Assembly (NCBI GenBank): GCA_951406725.2
Contig: OX597818.1
Span: 117,738,001-117,802,000 of the forward strand
DNA: 64,000 nucleotides
Reading direction: 5' to 3'
Source: Octopus vulgaris
Lineage: Eukaryota
Position numbers and translations under genes: made by a program. Below are positions 13,729 to 25,882 of this stretch, in pieces. Every line of letters starts with the position of its first letter. Position 1 is the stretch's first letter. Under the pieces are notes generated by a model. That model ran no database searches. It was not told where the DNA came from and saw nothing but the letters and a program-made list of their open reading frames with translations.

Positions 13729-14122
13729 AGCTCAAGTCGGAACAGATATTTACACGAGGCATACCCAACCCTGCCAAGGCAATATCTGACCTAAAATTTT
13801 CAAATCGTCGCACTCGCGCCAAATTTATCGGCAGCAAATAAATATAAGCCGTCGATTCCAATTACGGAATTAACCAAAAAATTCATAATTAATCAATATA
13901 GGGTGGCAAGGAAAATTTTGTAGAATTTTTTTGCCACCAGCGGCCAAACCCTATATTGATTAATTATGAATTTTTTGGTTAATTCCGTAATGGAATCGAC
14001 GGCTTATAATTATTTGCTGCCGATAAATTTGGCGCGAGTGCGACGATTTGAAAATTTTAGGTCAGATATTGCCTTGGCAGGGTTGGGTATGCCTCGTGTA
14101 AATATCTGTTCCGACTTGAGCT

Positions 14123-14229
14123 ATTTCTTGCTGAAGAATCTGAGGGCTTATGGAAGATTGGCTTGATTTAATTTAATCAGGTTAGTTTACCATTAAACAG
14201 CGGATGAAACGGTATACCGTACAAGAAAT
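14123..14229 (+). ncRNA. Type I hammerhead ribozyme with extended stem II
   Basis: Stem I auuucuug/caagaaau (8 bp), core CUGAAGA (14131-14137), stem II base aucug/cggau closing a 58-nt insert, GAAA (14206-14209), stem III cgg(uaua)ccg, GUA cleavage triplet (14219-14221). Confidence 0.85.
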
Positions 14230-14342
14230 TACAGGGTAAATGTTTTTTTAATTTTCTCCTGTTTACGGAATTAATCTTTATTTGCGGTAGAAGCTTTGGC
14301 TGTTATTTCTAGTGGGTGAATGGCCTATTATGGCCGTTCCTT

Positions 14343-14439
<97 letters not shown>

Positions 14440-14970
14440 TGTATATATATATATATAAATATATATATATATATTTATACATATACATACATGCTCACAC
14501 ACACACACAAACACTCACAAATACACACACACATATATATATATATATATATGCCTCTACGTATATACGCATCTATGTCGCTGAATTCCTTGTATATTTT
14601 GAATACTTAATGCCATCTGTTATTTAGCCTATATATTTTAGCCTATATTTAGCCTATATTTTTAGACCCTGTGTCTTATTGCTGAATTGTTTTATATCCT
14701 ATTTTGTTTAAACTATTTTCTCTCGTTTCTTTCATTTATTTGGATAATTTCTTTGGAAACATTCTTGATATTTCCGTATTTTGTGGTTGAGTTATGCAGA
14801 CAAATTTTACATTGCTCAATTCGGAACTCGTTAACTAAGCGAGAAGAATCTTAAGAATACCATAACATTACTAAGAGCATTGCTTTTCCATATTAATGTC
14901 AAAACTTTAAAATTTTATAAAAAATATTCCATTCACCATTTCTTTCAGATGATTGCAATGTAGGTTTCAC

Positions 14971-15163
14971 TCTTTTATCTCTTTTACTTGTTTCAGACAT
15001 TTGACTGCGGCCATGCTGGAGCAACGCTTTTAGTCGAGCAAATCCACCCCAGGACTTATTCTTTGTAAGCCTAGTACTTATTCTATCGGCCTCTTTTGGA
15101 CGTAAACACACCAGCATCGGTTGTCAAGCGATGTTAGGGGGACAAACACAGACACAAAAACAT

Positions 15164-15219
<56 letters not shown>

Positions 15220-15407
15220 ACACCTATACGACGGCTTCTTTCAGTTTCCGTCTACCAAATCCACTCACAAGGCTTTGGTCAGCCAACCTTGGGCAAGTAT
15301 CTTTTACTATAAGAAAACACTTGCCCAAAGTGCCACGCAGTGGGAATGAACTCGGAACTATGTGATTGGTAAGGAAGCTGCTAACCACACAGCCACTCCT
15401 GCGCCTA
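14971..15407 (-). mobile_element. SINE family A (tRNA-like head, internal TA/TG microsatellite, GTAAAAGA-type tail)
   Basis: Head ggcgcaggagtggctgtgtggt, B-box-like gagttcattccc, tail ...ccagcatggccgcagtcaaatg; about 12 copies in the window. Confidence 0.9.
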
Positions 15408-15886
15408 TGGTTTGTTCGTAACAATTTAATACGTAACTTTCAGAAACGTACCTACGTCTCTTCTACAAATTCATTCAGAGCTCAGCTCATTTCCTTTTAT
15501 ATCCTGGTATTCATGAAATAGATTAATAAATTTATTACTCATTTATTGAAATCGAAATAAGAGAATTTGCTTCAACCTTTAACCCACCCCCACATACACG
15601 CATATATGTATAACATATTATGATGTTATGCTAGTATCTAATTTAGATGCATTGTATCAAACTATGTCAAAAAGTCTCTGATTACACTAAAAAACTAATT
15701 TAATGGATTCTATTTTAGATAATGTCGAAACCATATGAATGACCAGACAGATATTTTGTTTTTTAACTTTGGAACGAAATGTATTTCTTTAGCGACATAT
15801 ATTGAGGAGTAAATTTAGCTTAAGCTTTAGGCGTGTGACTAGTGAGACTGTAGTTTCGTGTACAGAATGAAACTAGTTGCTATATA

Positions 15887-16469
15887 TCTAAATCTATAAA
15901 GATGAAGTTGTCTGTGTGTGTGTGTGGCAGGTTTGGTAGCCTTCAACTAACACTATCTCCTCCGAGACACTGCGGCGCAAGTTGACCGAAATTGAAAGTA
16001 TGATAGAAGAACGCTTGTTCTTCCTTCCGTAGAAGAAAAAATTGAAATCGGACCATGTTTATACCAAAAATTATTTACATCAAAAGTGTGCTTTTTTTCC
16101 ATGAAAATTCCTATTTTTTTACGATTTTTCGACTGCTGTGTCGCCATTTTACTTAATGAATACTGTTGCAGTGTTAAGTTCTTAATAGATTTTCAGTGCA
16201 GTTCGAAACTTGAGCTTCATTTTGCTTTAAATCTACGAGTAAATTTTTTTCTCCATAATGTTAATAGAAGGAATATTAACCAACACTACCAACAATTGAA
16301 GTCGGCATTACACATTTGCAGCACATTCAGAGCAAACTCGAGCATCGCCACGCTATACTTTTATTCATAGATTGAAACTATGTCAAAACTTTGTTAACGC
16401 GACATCAAAGTCTGCCGTTTTAAGCACATCTGAAAAACAAATACGAACAACGCCGGGTTATACTGCTAG
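15887..16469 (+). mobile_element. Non-autonomous Helitron
   Basis: 5' TC..tataaagatgaagttgtctgtgtg; 3' caacgccgggttatactgCTAG|T; homologous to 22914-23306. Confidence 0.8.
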
Positions 16470-16594
16470 TGAATAATAATTTGAAATCGCTGCTCACAGG
16501 GACGTTATATTCTTGAATGAATAATAGTTGTGGTTCAATATCATGGGAAACTGAAGGGTTGTTATGAACTGTACCTAAGAGACAGAAATATTAG

Positions 16595-16818
16595 AAGCAT
16601 GCATGTTTGTGTGGTTAGAAGTTTTCCATTGCAGTCACTGGTTTTGGATCGCTCTCATAGCGTGACATCATGGCAATGTATCTGCTTTTATAGCTTGGAG
16701 GCGACGAAAAGCCTTATGGATGATATTTGTTAGCTGTATGAAAAAACAAGGCATCAAAATTTCTCTTTTCGCATTTAGATCGTTGACTTTATCCATTAAC
16801 TGAAAGAAGCCCATCGTA

Positions 16819-16885
<67 letters not shown>

Positions 16886-17275
16886 AGGGAGAGTTTACGA
16901 AAAAAACAAAAGACGAAGACAGGTGGTGTACAAAACAAACAGATGTAATAGTATAACGCTCAAGAATAGAAAAAAGTCTTTTACGTTTCGAGCCTACGCT
17001 CTTCTACAGAAAGGGGCACAGAAAAAACAAGGAGAGAAACAAGGAGAGAAATATATATATATGTGTGTTTGTGTCTGTGTTTGTCCTCCCATCGCTTGAC
17101 AACTGATGCTTGTGTGTTTATGTCCCCGTAACTTAGCGGTTCGCCATAAGGGACCGATAGAATAAGTACTAGGCTTACAAAGAATAAGTCCTGGGGTCGA
17201 TTTGCTCGACTATATGGCGGTGCTCCAGCATGGCCGCTGTCAAATGAGTGAAACAAGTAAAAGAGTAAAATGAGT
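16595..17275 (+). mobile_element. SINE family A parts (decayed head, intact tail) with an HHR-motif element in the internal (TA)n
   Basis: ctgaaagaagcccatcgtata at ~16800; tail at 17060-17275. Confidence 0.75.
16885..17050 (-). mobile_element. Short HHR-motif element (CUGUNGA family)
   Basis: 16978-17013 minus strand: cuuu-CUGUAGA-a-gagc(guag)gcuc-GAAA-cg-UA-aaag, with perfect stems I and II. Confidence 0.7.
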
Positions 17276-17524
17276 AACTGGAAGACATGGTGCATGGCTT
17301 TTACTTAACGCTATAAAGATTCTGCAAGACTGACATAAGTTTTTAAATTTAAATCAAAGCAAGTCATTTTGAATGGGAGTTGGGTAATCTACATCTTTTT
17401 TTATCAACTTCCAAAGCCCGAATGACATAATTAAAATCGGCGACATTTGAACTCAAGAGCCTGAATAATACAAAGCATTTAATTCGATGCTTTCAGGATT
17501 ATAACAGTCGACTGCACAGAAGAT

Positions 17525-17820
17525 TGAAGGATGGGGAGGAGGCTGAAGGGATGAGGAGGATGAAGGGGAGGATGAAGAGGAGGATGATGAAGAGAGGAGG
17601 GTGAAGAGGGGAAGGGTGAAGAGGAGGATGAAGGAGAGGATGAAGAGGAGAAGGATGAAGAGGAGGCGGATGAAGAGAATGATGATGAAGTGGAGGATAA
17701 CTGTAACGTGGAATTATTAGGAAAGCGCAAACATCAACCAGTGATAAGACGTTATTACTGTAGGTTATGATGAAGATGATGAAGAGGTTAAAGTTATGAT
17801 GATGATGATGATGATGATGA
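17525..17820. repeat. Purine-rich GGA/TGA low-complexity tract
   Basis: Degenerate (gaggat/gaagag)n and (gat)n. Confidence 0.85.
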
Positions 17821-18445
17821 AAAGCAGTAAGAGGTTGGGGTGAGTAAGATAGTTCGCATAATGGCGAAAGGAAAGAGAGTGAGAGGAGGATTACGACGAC
17901 GATTATATCAACGTCGAAGATGATGCCGAAGTAATCTGATATTCCTGTTAATTTTCCGTATCGGCCAAAGTATCTATTACCGAAGTTGAGTGAATTGTAA
18001 TAAAACAGCCACCAACAGTAACCGTCTTAATTTATAAATGTATTAAAGAAACGACACTCGCAAATTAGATATTCAACAACGGAAGAAGATTTGGCGAAAT
18101 CGCTCTTCGTTGTATGTATAACGTCATAAAATATGGTGATAATTTTTTCATTTCGGTTATAAATATTAAACTTCAAGGAAATTGCTTCCTGGCCCTTTAT
18201 TATGACAAACGTGTGAAAGATTATTAATCCGTCATCAGCGGAGCAGCGAAATTCACGCTAACGAAAATTTGTTATCTTTTTAAGTCGATAAAACCGGGAG
18301 AATAAACGAAGTTACTAATTTTGCTATCAAATAAATAATATCAAGAAAAGTATGAGAAAAAGTAAGGATTAATAGCTTTTGTTATAGTTTAGAGTGGACT
18401 GTGTTAGACAGAATATATAATATGTATGTATGTATGAGAGGTATT

Positions 18446-18534
<89 letters not shown>

Positions 18535-18687
18535 CTGTGTGTGTGTATGTATGTATGAGAGGTATTAGTAATTAGAAGGCCCAAAAGTGGCAGGTAAGTG
18601 CTATGAACAAACCGTTCGATAGTGATACGAGTTAGGGTTCTAATGTGGGTCTTGTATCAGCATGCACACACATAAATATGTATATAT

Positions 18688-18880
18688 ATTTTCAACTGTA
18701 AATATGGAAAACAATTAAATTTTGGAAAAATTAAAAGTTTTTAAAAAGAATATTTGCGTAGTGTTCAAATGCAAAGTGGCATTTTCCTTCTTTCTGCTTT
18801 GTTTTCCTTGTTTCAGGCAGAAACAAAGAAAATGCCACTTGTATTTGAACATTACGCAAATATTCTTTTAAAAGACTTTT
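18688..18880 (-). mobile_element. Truncated relative of the 632-908 element with a fold-back duplication
   Basis: Matches 744-860; 18733-18797 is inverted at 18817-18880. Confidence 0.75.
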
Positions 18881-19027
18881 CATTTCCGTCTACCAAATCC
18901 TCCCACAAGGCTTTGGTCGGTCCAAGGCTACGGTAGAAGACTTCTGCTGAAGCTGCCATGCAGTAGGACTGAACTCGGAACCATGTTGTTGGTAAGCAAG
19001 CTTCTTACCACACAGCCACTCCTGCGA
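18881..19027 (-). mobile_element. SINE family A, head only
   Basis: Homology to the other copies. Confidence 0.85.
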
Positions 19028-19435
19028 CTATTGCTAAAGTATGTTAAAGTGTTACTATTAAAATATGTAGAAAACTGATCTGTACTACGAAAAATGTAAG
19101 AGTGTATATTTAGAACAGAGAGAAACAAAGATGTCAACCAGAAATAGCTTGTTAGTACCGCCAGCTATCTAGAAAGACATTTATCGGTCTCACATCGTGG
19201 AAGATAAATGAAGATTAAGTAGCTAATTTTTTAAAATTTTATGTTGCCGTATTCACCAATCAAACCGATCGCATTTGCTTACCGGCGATTCTTCCAATTT
19301 CAGCTGGCAAACACACACACACAGGCATACACACATATGCATACACAAATATGCAAGCAAACATGACGTTCACACACACACACACACATAGTCGCACAAA
19401 ATACACACATACTTGCATAGAAATCCAAACATTCT

Positions 19436-19498
<63 letters not shown>

Positions 19499-20091
19499 CA
19501 CTTTGCAAACAAAATCTCACGTAGTTTCTTATTCTGGAACAAACCTTTTCTCTCATACCTACAGGAATCAACGAACAATACTCTACGAAACGGAAGCCAT
19601 CTTCAAATGAAAGCTTGATGTCTTTAAACAGAACACGGTCGCATAAAATTTGTTTTGGAAAAGAATGTGTAGAGCAGTCGAGGCTGGAATGAATTTGATT
19701 ATAAATCTCTTCGATTAGATCTTACTAAAGAATTCACACACCTGCAATATTGTCGCAAAATAGAAAAAAATAGCTCTTAGTTCTCGTCAATCAAGCAACA
19801 TAAAGAGATACTTGCTACGACTTTTAATCTGATTGTTCAAAGACAGTCTCTGTCCGCGTAACCACTCAGTCACTATCTCTCTTTCTTTCCCCCCCTCTCT
19901 CTATATATATTTAGCTATCTTTTGCTATATATGTGTGTGTGTGCGTGTGTTATTTTATGTCTATGTATTTACGTACATTTGAATCAACGCAATCTTATGG
20001 ATATGTGTAACGGTGTATCCAATGTAGAATTGTAGAATTAGCAGTATGAAGCGACAGCAGAGTCGGGACGCAAATCTTCCTGTCAAACACA

Positions 20092-20225
20092 ACTGCTTGC
20101 TCTTAATGTAGTTCCCAGGGAGATTCAACATAACACAGAATGTTACCAGGCTGGCCCTTTGAATTATTTTTACAACGCAATTTTGCCAGGTAATTGGATT
20201 GGAGCAACGTGAAATAGAGTGTCTT
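20092..20225 (-). repeat. Inverted 134-bp duplicate of part of the neighbouring SINE (20551-20684)
   Basis: Near-identical reverse complement sharing copy-specific variants (ccaattacctgg, ggtaacattc). Confidence 0.85.
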
Positions 20226-20462
20226 CAACTGCCTTACAGTTGAACAATAACAAGATACATACTTTTACGATTTTTAGTGAGACAACTATGCATTCCTTTG
20301 AAACAAATTAGTTGTCTCTTGGTTCCCGAAATTTTAAATTCATTGCTTTGGAAGTTATTTTTTATTCCTTTCTGGTTACGTCCGAGGCCAGATTTGATTG
20401 AGCAGACAATAGACTGGTGATTAAAATTAGGTCCAATTTATGAAGCCGTAACGTTGAATGAA

Positions 20463-20790
20463 GTGAAGGTGCGTGACAGTGGTTAGGGCAATTGTCTGAC
20501 GATCGTAAGGTTGTCGGTTCAATTCTTGGCGCCACCTCGTGTCCCTAAGCAAGACACTCTATTTCACGTTGCTCCAATCCAATTACCTGGCAAAATTGAG
20601 TTGTAAAAGTAATTCAAAGGGCCAGACTGGTAACATTCTGTGTTACGTTGAATCTCCCTGGGAACTACATTAAGAGCAAGCAGTGTTTCTGGAAAGTTCA
20701 ACCAATTTGATATTAATTACACGAGCAGGCTCATCCGTTGATCGGTTCAACTGGAACACTCGACGTAGTAACAGACGGAGTACCAGTCAT
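20463..20790 (+). mobile_element. tRNA-derived SINE with CORE-like domain (family C)
   Basis: A/B boxes (agtggttagg; ggttcaattc), CORE-like gtgtccctaagcaagacact; homologous to 50452-50780. Confidence 0.8.
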
Positions 20791-21849
20791 CCTTCAATGT
20801 GAGTGATACTGTAGCTGACATTATCAAGTCGAGCTATGATTACATATTCTTATACTGAACAAAATAATTGCTCCTTCGTATTCTCAAAGACAGGCACTAA
20901 TTTTGGCTCCGCAGCAGTTGACACTGGTTAGTCGTTCTCTCACATGTTCCTTCTACAGTATAGCAAATAATGAGACGAAATGGAAGTCTTTAGAGTATTG
21001 TACAACATGGAACACAGCCTTTGCTTGATCCGATTTTTGTGCCATTTGTTACCCTTGTGTTGTGTATTTCGGCTTTTTAAGTTCTTACAGCAACACCAAC
21101 AACATCACTAATGCGAAATATGTGGCCTTTATGCAGCATTGGTGACGTGGAGAAGTTGTTACAGGCATGGGTATTTGACAGTCATCTTCCAAAAGTCTTC
21201 CCAAGGCCTGCACATACATGGGAAGATGAATGATTATATTAGATTGACAGAAGTGTGTCATAATACAGTGACAAACTGTATTACTAGGGAATTTGAATGC
21301 TTAGTCAGAAAAGAATATTAATGTACATAGCATTTATCATGGGGTCCATGAATTGTGAACAGATATATAAGTTAACCTCAGTGCGGGAAGCTAGTTTTTA
21401 TATTTGCCAACACTAAAAGCACTCATGGGCCTAATGGATGTTTTAAAGCAGATAATGGATAAAATAAATTTTGAGTTCAAATCCTGGCAAGGTGAACTTC
21501 GCCTTAAATCTTTTCCGTACTGTGGTAGATGGAATTCATTGAAGTCCTCCTTAGTATTGTGAAGGTGTATCGATTGTTTGCTGGGTAGAAATAATGACAG
21601 TTAATTCACAGATTTTAATTAACATAAAAACCGACTGAACAAGGTCACAAAGCTCAGAATATTATATCTCAAAGATATAAAAGGTAGGACCCTTATGTCG
21701 CTAATATAACACGAATCTAAAGCAAAGAGTTGGCAGTATTTCACTGTTACTTTCTTTTAGCGAACCCGGAAATATTGAAGGTAATTTCAAATAAAAATAT
21801 GACAGAAGTGAACACATGAGACATGGCGTTTCGTTGACTTAGTTTGCTG

Positions 21850-21852
<3 letters not shown>

Positions 21853-21882
<30 letters not shown>

Positions 21883-22025
21883 CTTCTTCTTCTTCTTCTT
21901 CTTCTTCTTCTTCTTCTTCTTCTTCTTCTTCTTCTTCTTCTTCTTCTTCTTCTTCTTCTTCTTCTTCTTCTTCTTCTTCTTCTTCTTCTTCTTCTTCTTC
22001 TTCTTCTTCTTCTTCTTCTTCTTCT
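21853..22025. repeat. Pure (CTT)n/(GAA)n tract, about 57 units
   Basis: Directly visible, uninterrupted. Confidence 0.98.
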
Positions 22026-22159
22026 AATCAGGACTCATGCCATTAGCCACAAAGAATAATCCTTAATTCGAGCCTACTCTAAGCTACCAAGAATGTATTG
22101 ACTAAAAAACTCCCTTTAAAATCATTGTACCACATGCTCACATTATTAATGTTATGAAT

Positions 22160-22360
22160 GGTGTATAGAGAAAATCGTTTGTGCGTCGAACAAAGTGCTT
22201 TGCGGTATTTGTTGTGATTCTTTACATCCTGAGTTCAAATTCCAAATTTGCCTTTCATCCTTTTGAGGCAAATAAAATGAAGTAACAATCAATCGCTCGA
22301 GTCGATATAATCGATTAATTTCAACCACACTGCATTTCTGGCTTGGTGCCTGTATCATAA
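22160..22360 (+). mobile_element. Degenerate SINE family D
   Basis: ctgagttcaaattcc...tttgcctttcatccttt...gtcgatataatcga matches the reverse complement of 60080-60250. Confidence 0.65.
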
Positions 22361-22913
22361 ACAATTACTCTTTATAATTGTTGAAGTTGTTAGGAATCCT
22401 TTGTATCGTGTTTTTTTTTTGTTCTTATTACCAAGATAATTCAGACAAATTACACTCGTCAATATAAAGTATGAATTGAAAAAATACTATCAATATTTGG
22501 TGAGTGATTATGTATGTATTTTCTCTTCCAATAACATTTATCATTGAGATGGCACGTAATAACAATTTTTCGATTACTGAGCATGGTTTGACTTTAACTA
22601 GAGTTCCGTTGCTATAATTACATGGAAAATTAATTTGATATTTCAGGTTCGATGATTCCGTTTGTAGATAGATTTTCTTTTTATGTTTTTCTCACTTAAA
22701 TGTTGATATTTATTTTGCAATCTATGTGAGTCATAACTACAACGATCCTACGTTTTTCTTTCGTTTTTGTTGTTTCATTTTCAAGCCTCAGTCCAATCTT
22801 TATCGAACTGACCGATGATCAAAAGCATTTTAGGTACCACAATCAGCCCATTTTTCTATTAACTAGGCTAATTAGGTCCTCAGGAGCCAATGCATTTATT
22901 GTTTTATAAGATG

Positions 22914-23306
22914 CTAGCAGTATCGCCCGGCGTTCCTCGGGTTTGTTTCGACCCTTTAGAATTGGAATTTTTGAAAAGTAAAACTTTTGCATTATGTAGC
23001 TTGTTGTTCTCTTTAAGTGGACATTTTTCTGGTTGAAATACACCGACAAATGGCAACACAGCAGTCAAAATATCGTAGAAAAATAGGGATTTTAATAGGA
23101 AAAAAGCACCTTTTCGATGTAAATAATTTTTGGTGTTAACATGGTCTGATTTGAATTTTTACTTCTACGAAAGGAAGAGCAACCCTTCTTCTATCATACT
23201 CTGAATCTTAGTCAACTTGCGCCGCAGTGTCTCGGAGGAGATAGTGTTAATTAAAGGCTACCAAACCAGCCATACACAGAAAACTTCAGCTTTATATAGA
23301 GAGAGA
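22914..23306 (-). mobile_element. Non-autonomous Helitron
   Basis: Minus strand ends cccgaggaacgccgggcgatactgCTAG and starts tctatataaagctgaagtt; homologous to 15887-16469. Confidence 0.8.
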
Positions 23307-23934
23307 TTGTGATGTAATTAAGCAGAAGTGGGGCACTTCTTTTAGCAAGGTGTCATTCATTTTCAAGTTTCTCGCTGTGATTTGACAGCTATTTTTAATA
23401 GACCGAAAGCTCACACGGACACGTATTGTTGGTTAAACATTTGAAAATTTTGCATTTGTTCTGCGCTAATCTTCATTCTCCATACTTCAGAGTTATATGT
23501 TTACATATGTATATTCGACGGAGTAAGAAGAAAGACTCCATTCTCTTTTTAACCTTCTCCAGTCTCTGACTATCCCTCCATATTACTTTCTATAACGAAT
23601 TTGTAGAATTTTTGCAATGCAAATTGTCGGAACAAATCATTCTTTCCTATATTCTCAGTTCAAGTTTGAAAAGCCTAACTTGGACTTTCGTCGTTCCAGA
23701 ATCAATAAAATAAAGTTCGTATATACACACGAACATGCATACATATATACATATATGATGATGATGAAGACGATGGCTGCTAACTCGTGACCGAGGAATA
23801 TCATCATTGACCATTCCTCATACAAAAAGTCAGCAATGCTTGAGGCTGCTGCAGCAGCAGTCGGTTTCAATCGGATTTGAGTTTGCGGCTTCCATCCTCG
23901 ATGCGACGTCCTTCAACTTGACAGGCCAACGGAT

Positions 23935-24395
23935 TATCATCATCATCGTAACCACCATCACCACTACCAACCTCCTCCTCCCCTCTCCCTTCTCCCTTCT
24001 CCCTCCTTCTCTCTCCCTCATCATCATCCTCATCATCATCCTCACTACCACCACCATCACCGTCATCATCACCACCACCATTATCATAATCATCATAGCT
24101 ACCACCACCACTTCCTTCATACTCTTCTTCATCCTCCTCCTCCTACTCATCATCATCATCATCCTCACTGTTACCACCACCGTCACCATCACCACCTACT
24201 CATCATCATAACTACCACCATCATTACAATCCTCCTCCCCCTCCTCCTCATCACCATCATTCTCGTCATCATCCTCACTACCACCCCCACAGCTACCATC
24301 ACACCACCAGTATCATCATCATAATCATCATCATCCTCACCACCACCACCACCATCAACATTACCACCACCATCATCATCTTCATGATCATCATG
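23935..24395. repeat. Degenerate (CAT/CAC/CCT)n trinucleotide region
   Basis: Directly visible. Confidence 0.9.
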
Positions 24396-25207
24396 GTTTG
24401 TGAAGTATTTCAAGCCTTCCACATCTTTAAAATTCAAGTACGTACACACTCTGAAAAGTTACAGGAAAACGCTCAATCTACGAGAAGTGTGAAAGATTAA
24501 TTCCATATAGGTGGCGTTTGGTGTCAGATACTCCCACTGTGTCGTCATATTCACGGCTAATTGGAGGAAATTAATGAGTTAATAGATGCTTTCTGCAACA
24601 TTGACTAACTTCTTAAACTGACAGAATTTTCTAACAACTTTTACAAATCCCAGCATTACTGTATATACACGATACATTGGCGATGATTGTGATTATATTC
24701 AATCTTTGAATGTCTTTTAAAGACGACTTTACCTATATTTTCAGTTATACCAATTAGAAATGAGGTGATAGACGCAGTTATTTGCTCCCCTGGGCGTTAT
24801 TATTTTAATTTAAAGAGCAAGTCTTTATACCTCTTTTACAGTTGAGACAGCTTCTCGACAATTGACATATAGTATTGTCATGTCGATAATTAGTGCGGTA
24901 TTGTCACATATGTCATGGACGTGAATTCAGAATAATTACATGCTATCTTGTCTTTTTTATGTATGATATGAAAGAGAAAGTTTAAGTCAAAGATACAGAT
25001 TGTATTTGTGATATCATTTTTTTTTTTTAAGATTAATTAGCTGCAATAACAATGGCACAAGTTTAACTGGCTGGAACAAATGATATAGACTTGACCGTCA
25101 AGAGTATTACTGCCCAAACATTTATTCCTGAGCACATGTGTTCATATTTAATAGCATACGGAAAATCTCTCTCTCACACACACACACTGATTTCGAAAGA
25201 GTAATTA

Positions 25208-25275
<68 letters not shown>

Positions 25276-25431
25276 CCAGATGATAATTAACGCACAAACG
25301 CACATTCGCACATGTATACATTCACAAAGATTTCAAATAGCTATCATCGATATTAAGACATGTAACGGCATAATAATCTAATTTGATGCTAAGATGTCTC
25401 ACAATTTGATGTGAGATATCTTGGCCTTGTA

Positions 25432-25723
25432 GTGGAGGCACATAGCCTAGTGGTTAGAGAAGCGGACACTGGCGGTCGAGGGATCACGGGTTCGAATCTC
25501 AAACTGCGCAATGCGTGTGTTATGAGCGAAACACCTAAGCTCTACGCAGTTCCAACAGAAGATAATGGTGAATTTCTGCTGACTCTTTCGCCACAACTTT
25601 CTCTCAATCTCTCTTCCTGCATCTAGCTGCTCACCTGCGACGAACCGGCGTACCGTCCAATGAAACCGGGGGAAACTGGCCCTTATGAGCCAAGCATGTC
25701 TCGAGAAGTAACAAACAACAACA
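25432..25723 (+). mobile_element. tRNA-derived SINE family B
   Basis: gtggaggcacatagcctagtggttaga (A box), gggttcgaatctc (B box), (aac)n tail; homologous to 52290-52586. Confidence 0.85.
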
Positions 25724-25882
25724 AAGAATTTGACTTTGTATGAACTGATATAGAAACATTTAAAGAGCTATTTTTGCTGGAAATAAGAACCAATTGTCCT
25801 TCTACCAAAGTTTATTGCTTTAAATAATATTAAAGGATATAAATAATAAACGAAATATTAGACGTACTGGTAAAATAATATA

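Larger units (their letters stand above)
13393..14345. mobile_element. Retrozyme/PLE-pLTR-like non-coding element: 492-bp unit, 61-bp direct repeat and ~399-bp inverted copy, between (TA)n tracts
   Basis: 13393-13453 = 13885-13945; 13506-13904 is the reverse complement of 13948-14345 (I saw 1 substitution and 1 indel); each arm contains a full HHR. Confidence 0.8.

Noticed and set aside
20800-21420. Faint RTE-like remnants (also 50790-51100, 54480-54730, 60380-61600)
   Set aside because: Similarity too degraded to call by eye; needs a TBLASTN or HMM search.
23760-23935. GC-richer island that could be an exon
   Set aside because: No consistent frame with credible splice sites or protein motif.
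25432-25510. tRNA gene
   Set aside because: A/B boxes run into a SINE body and tail; no convincing cloverleaf. The same applies to the other SINE heads.
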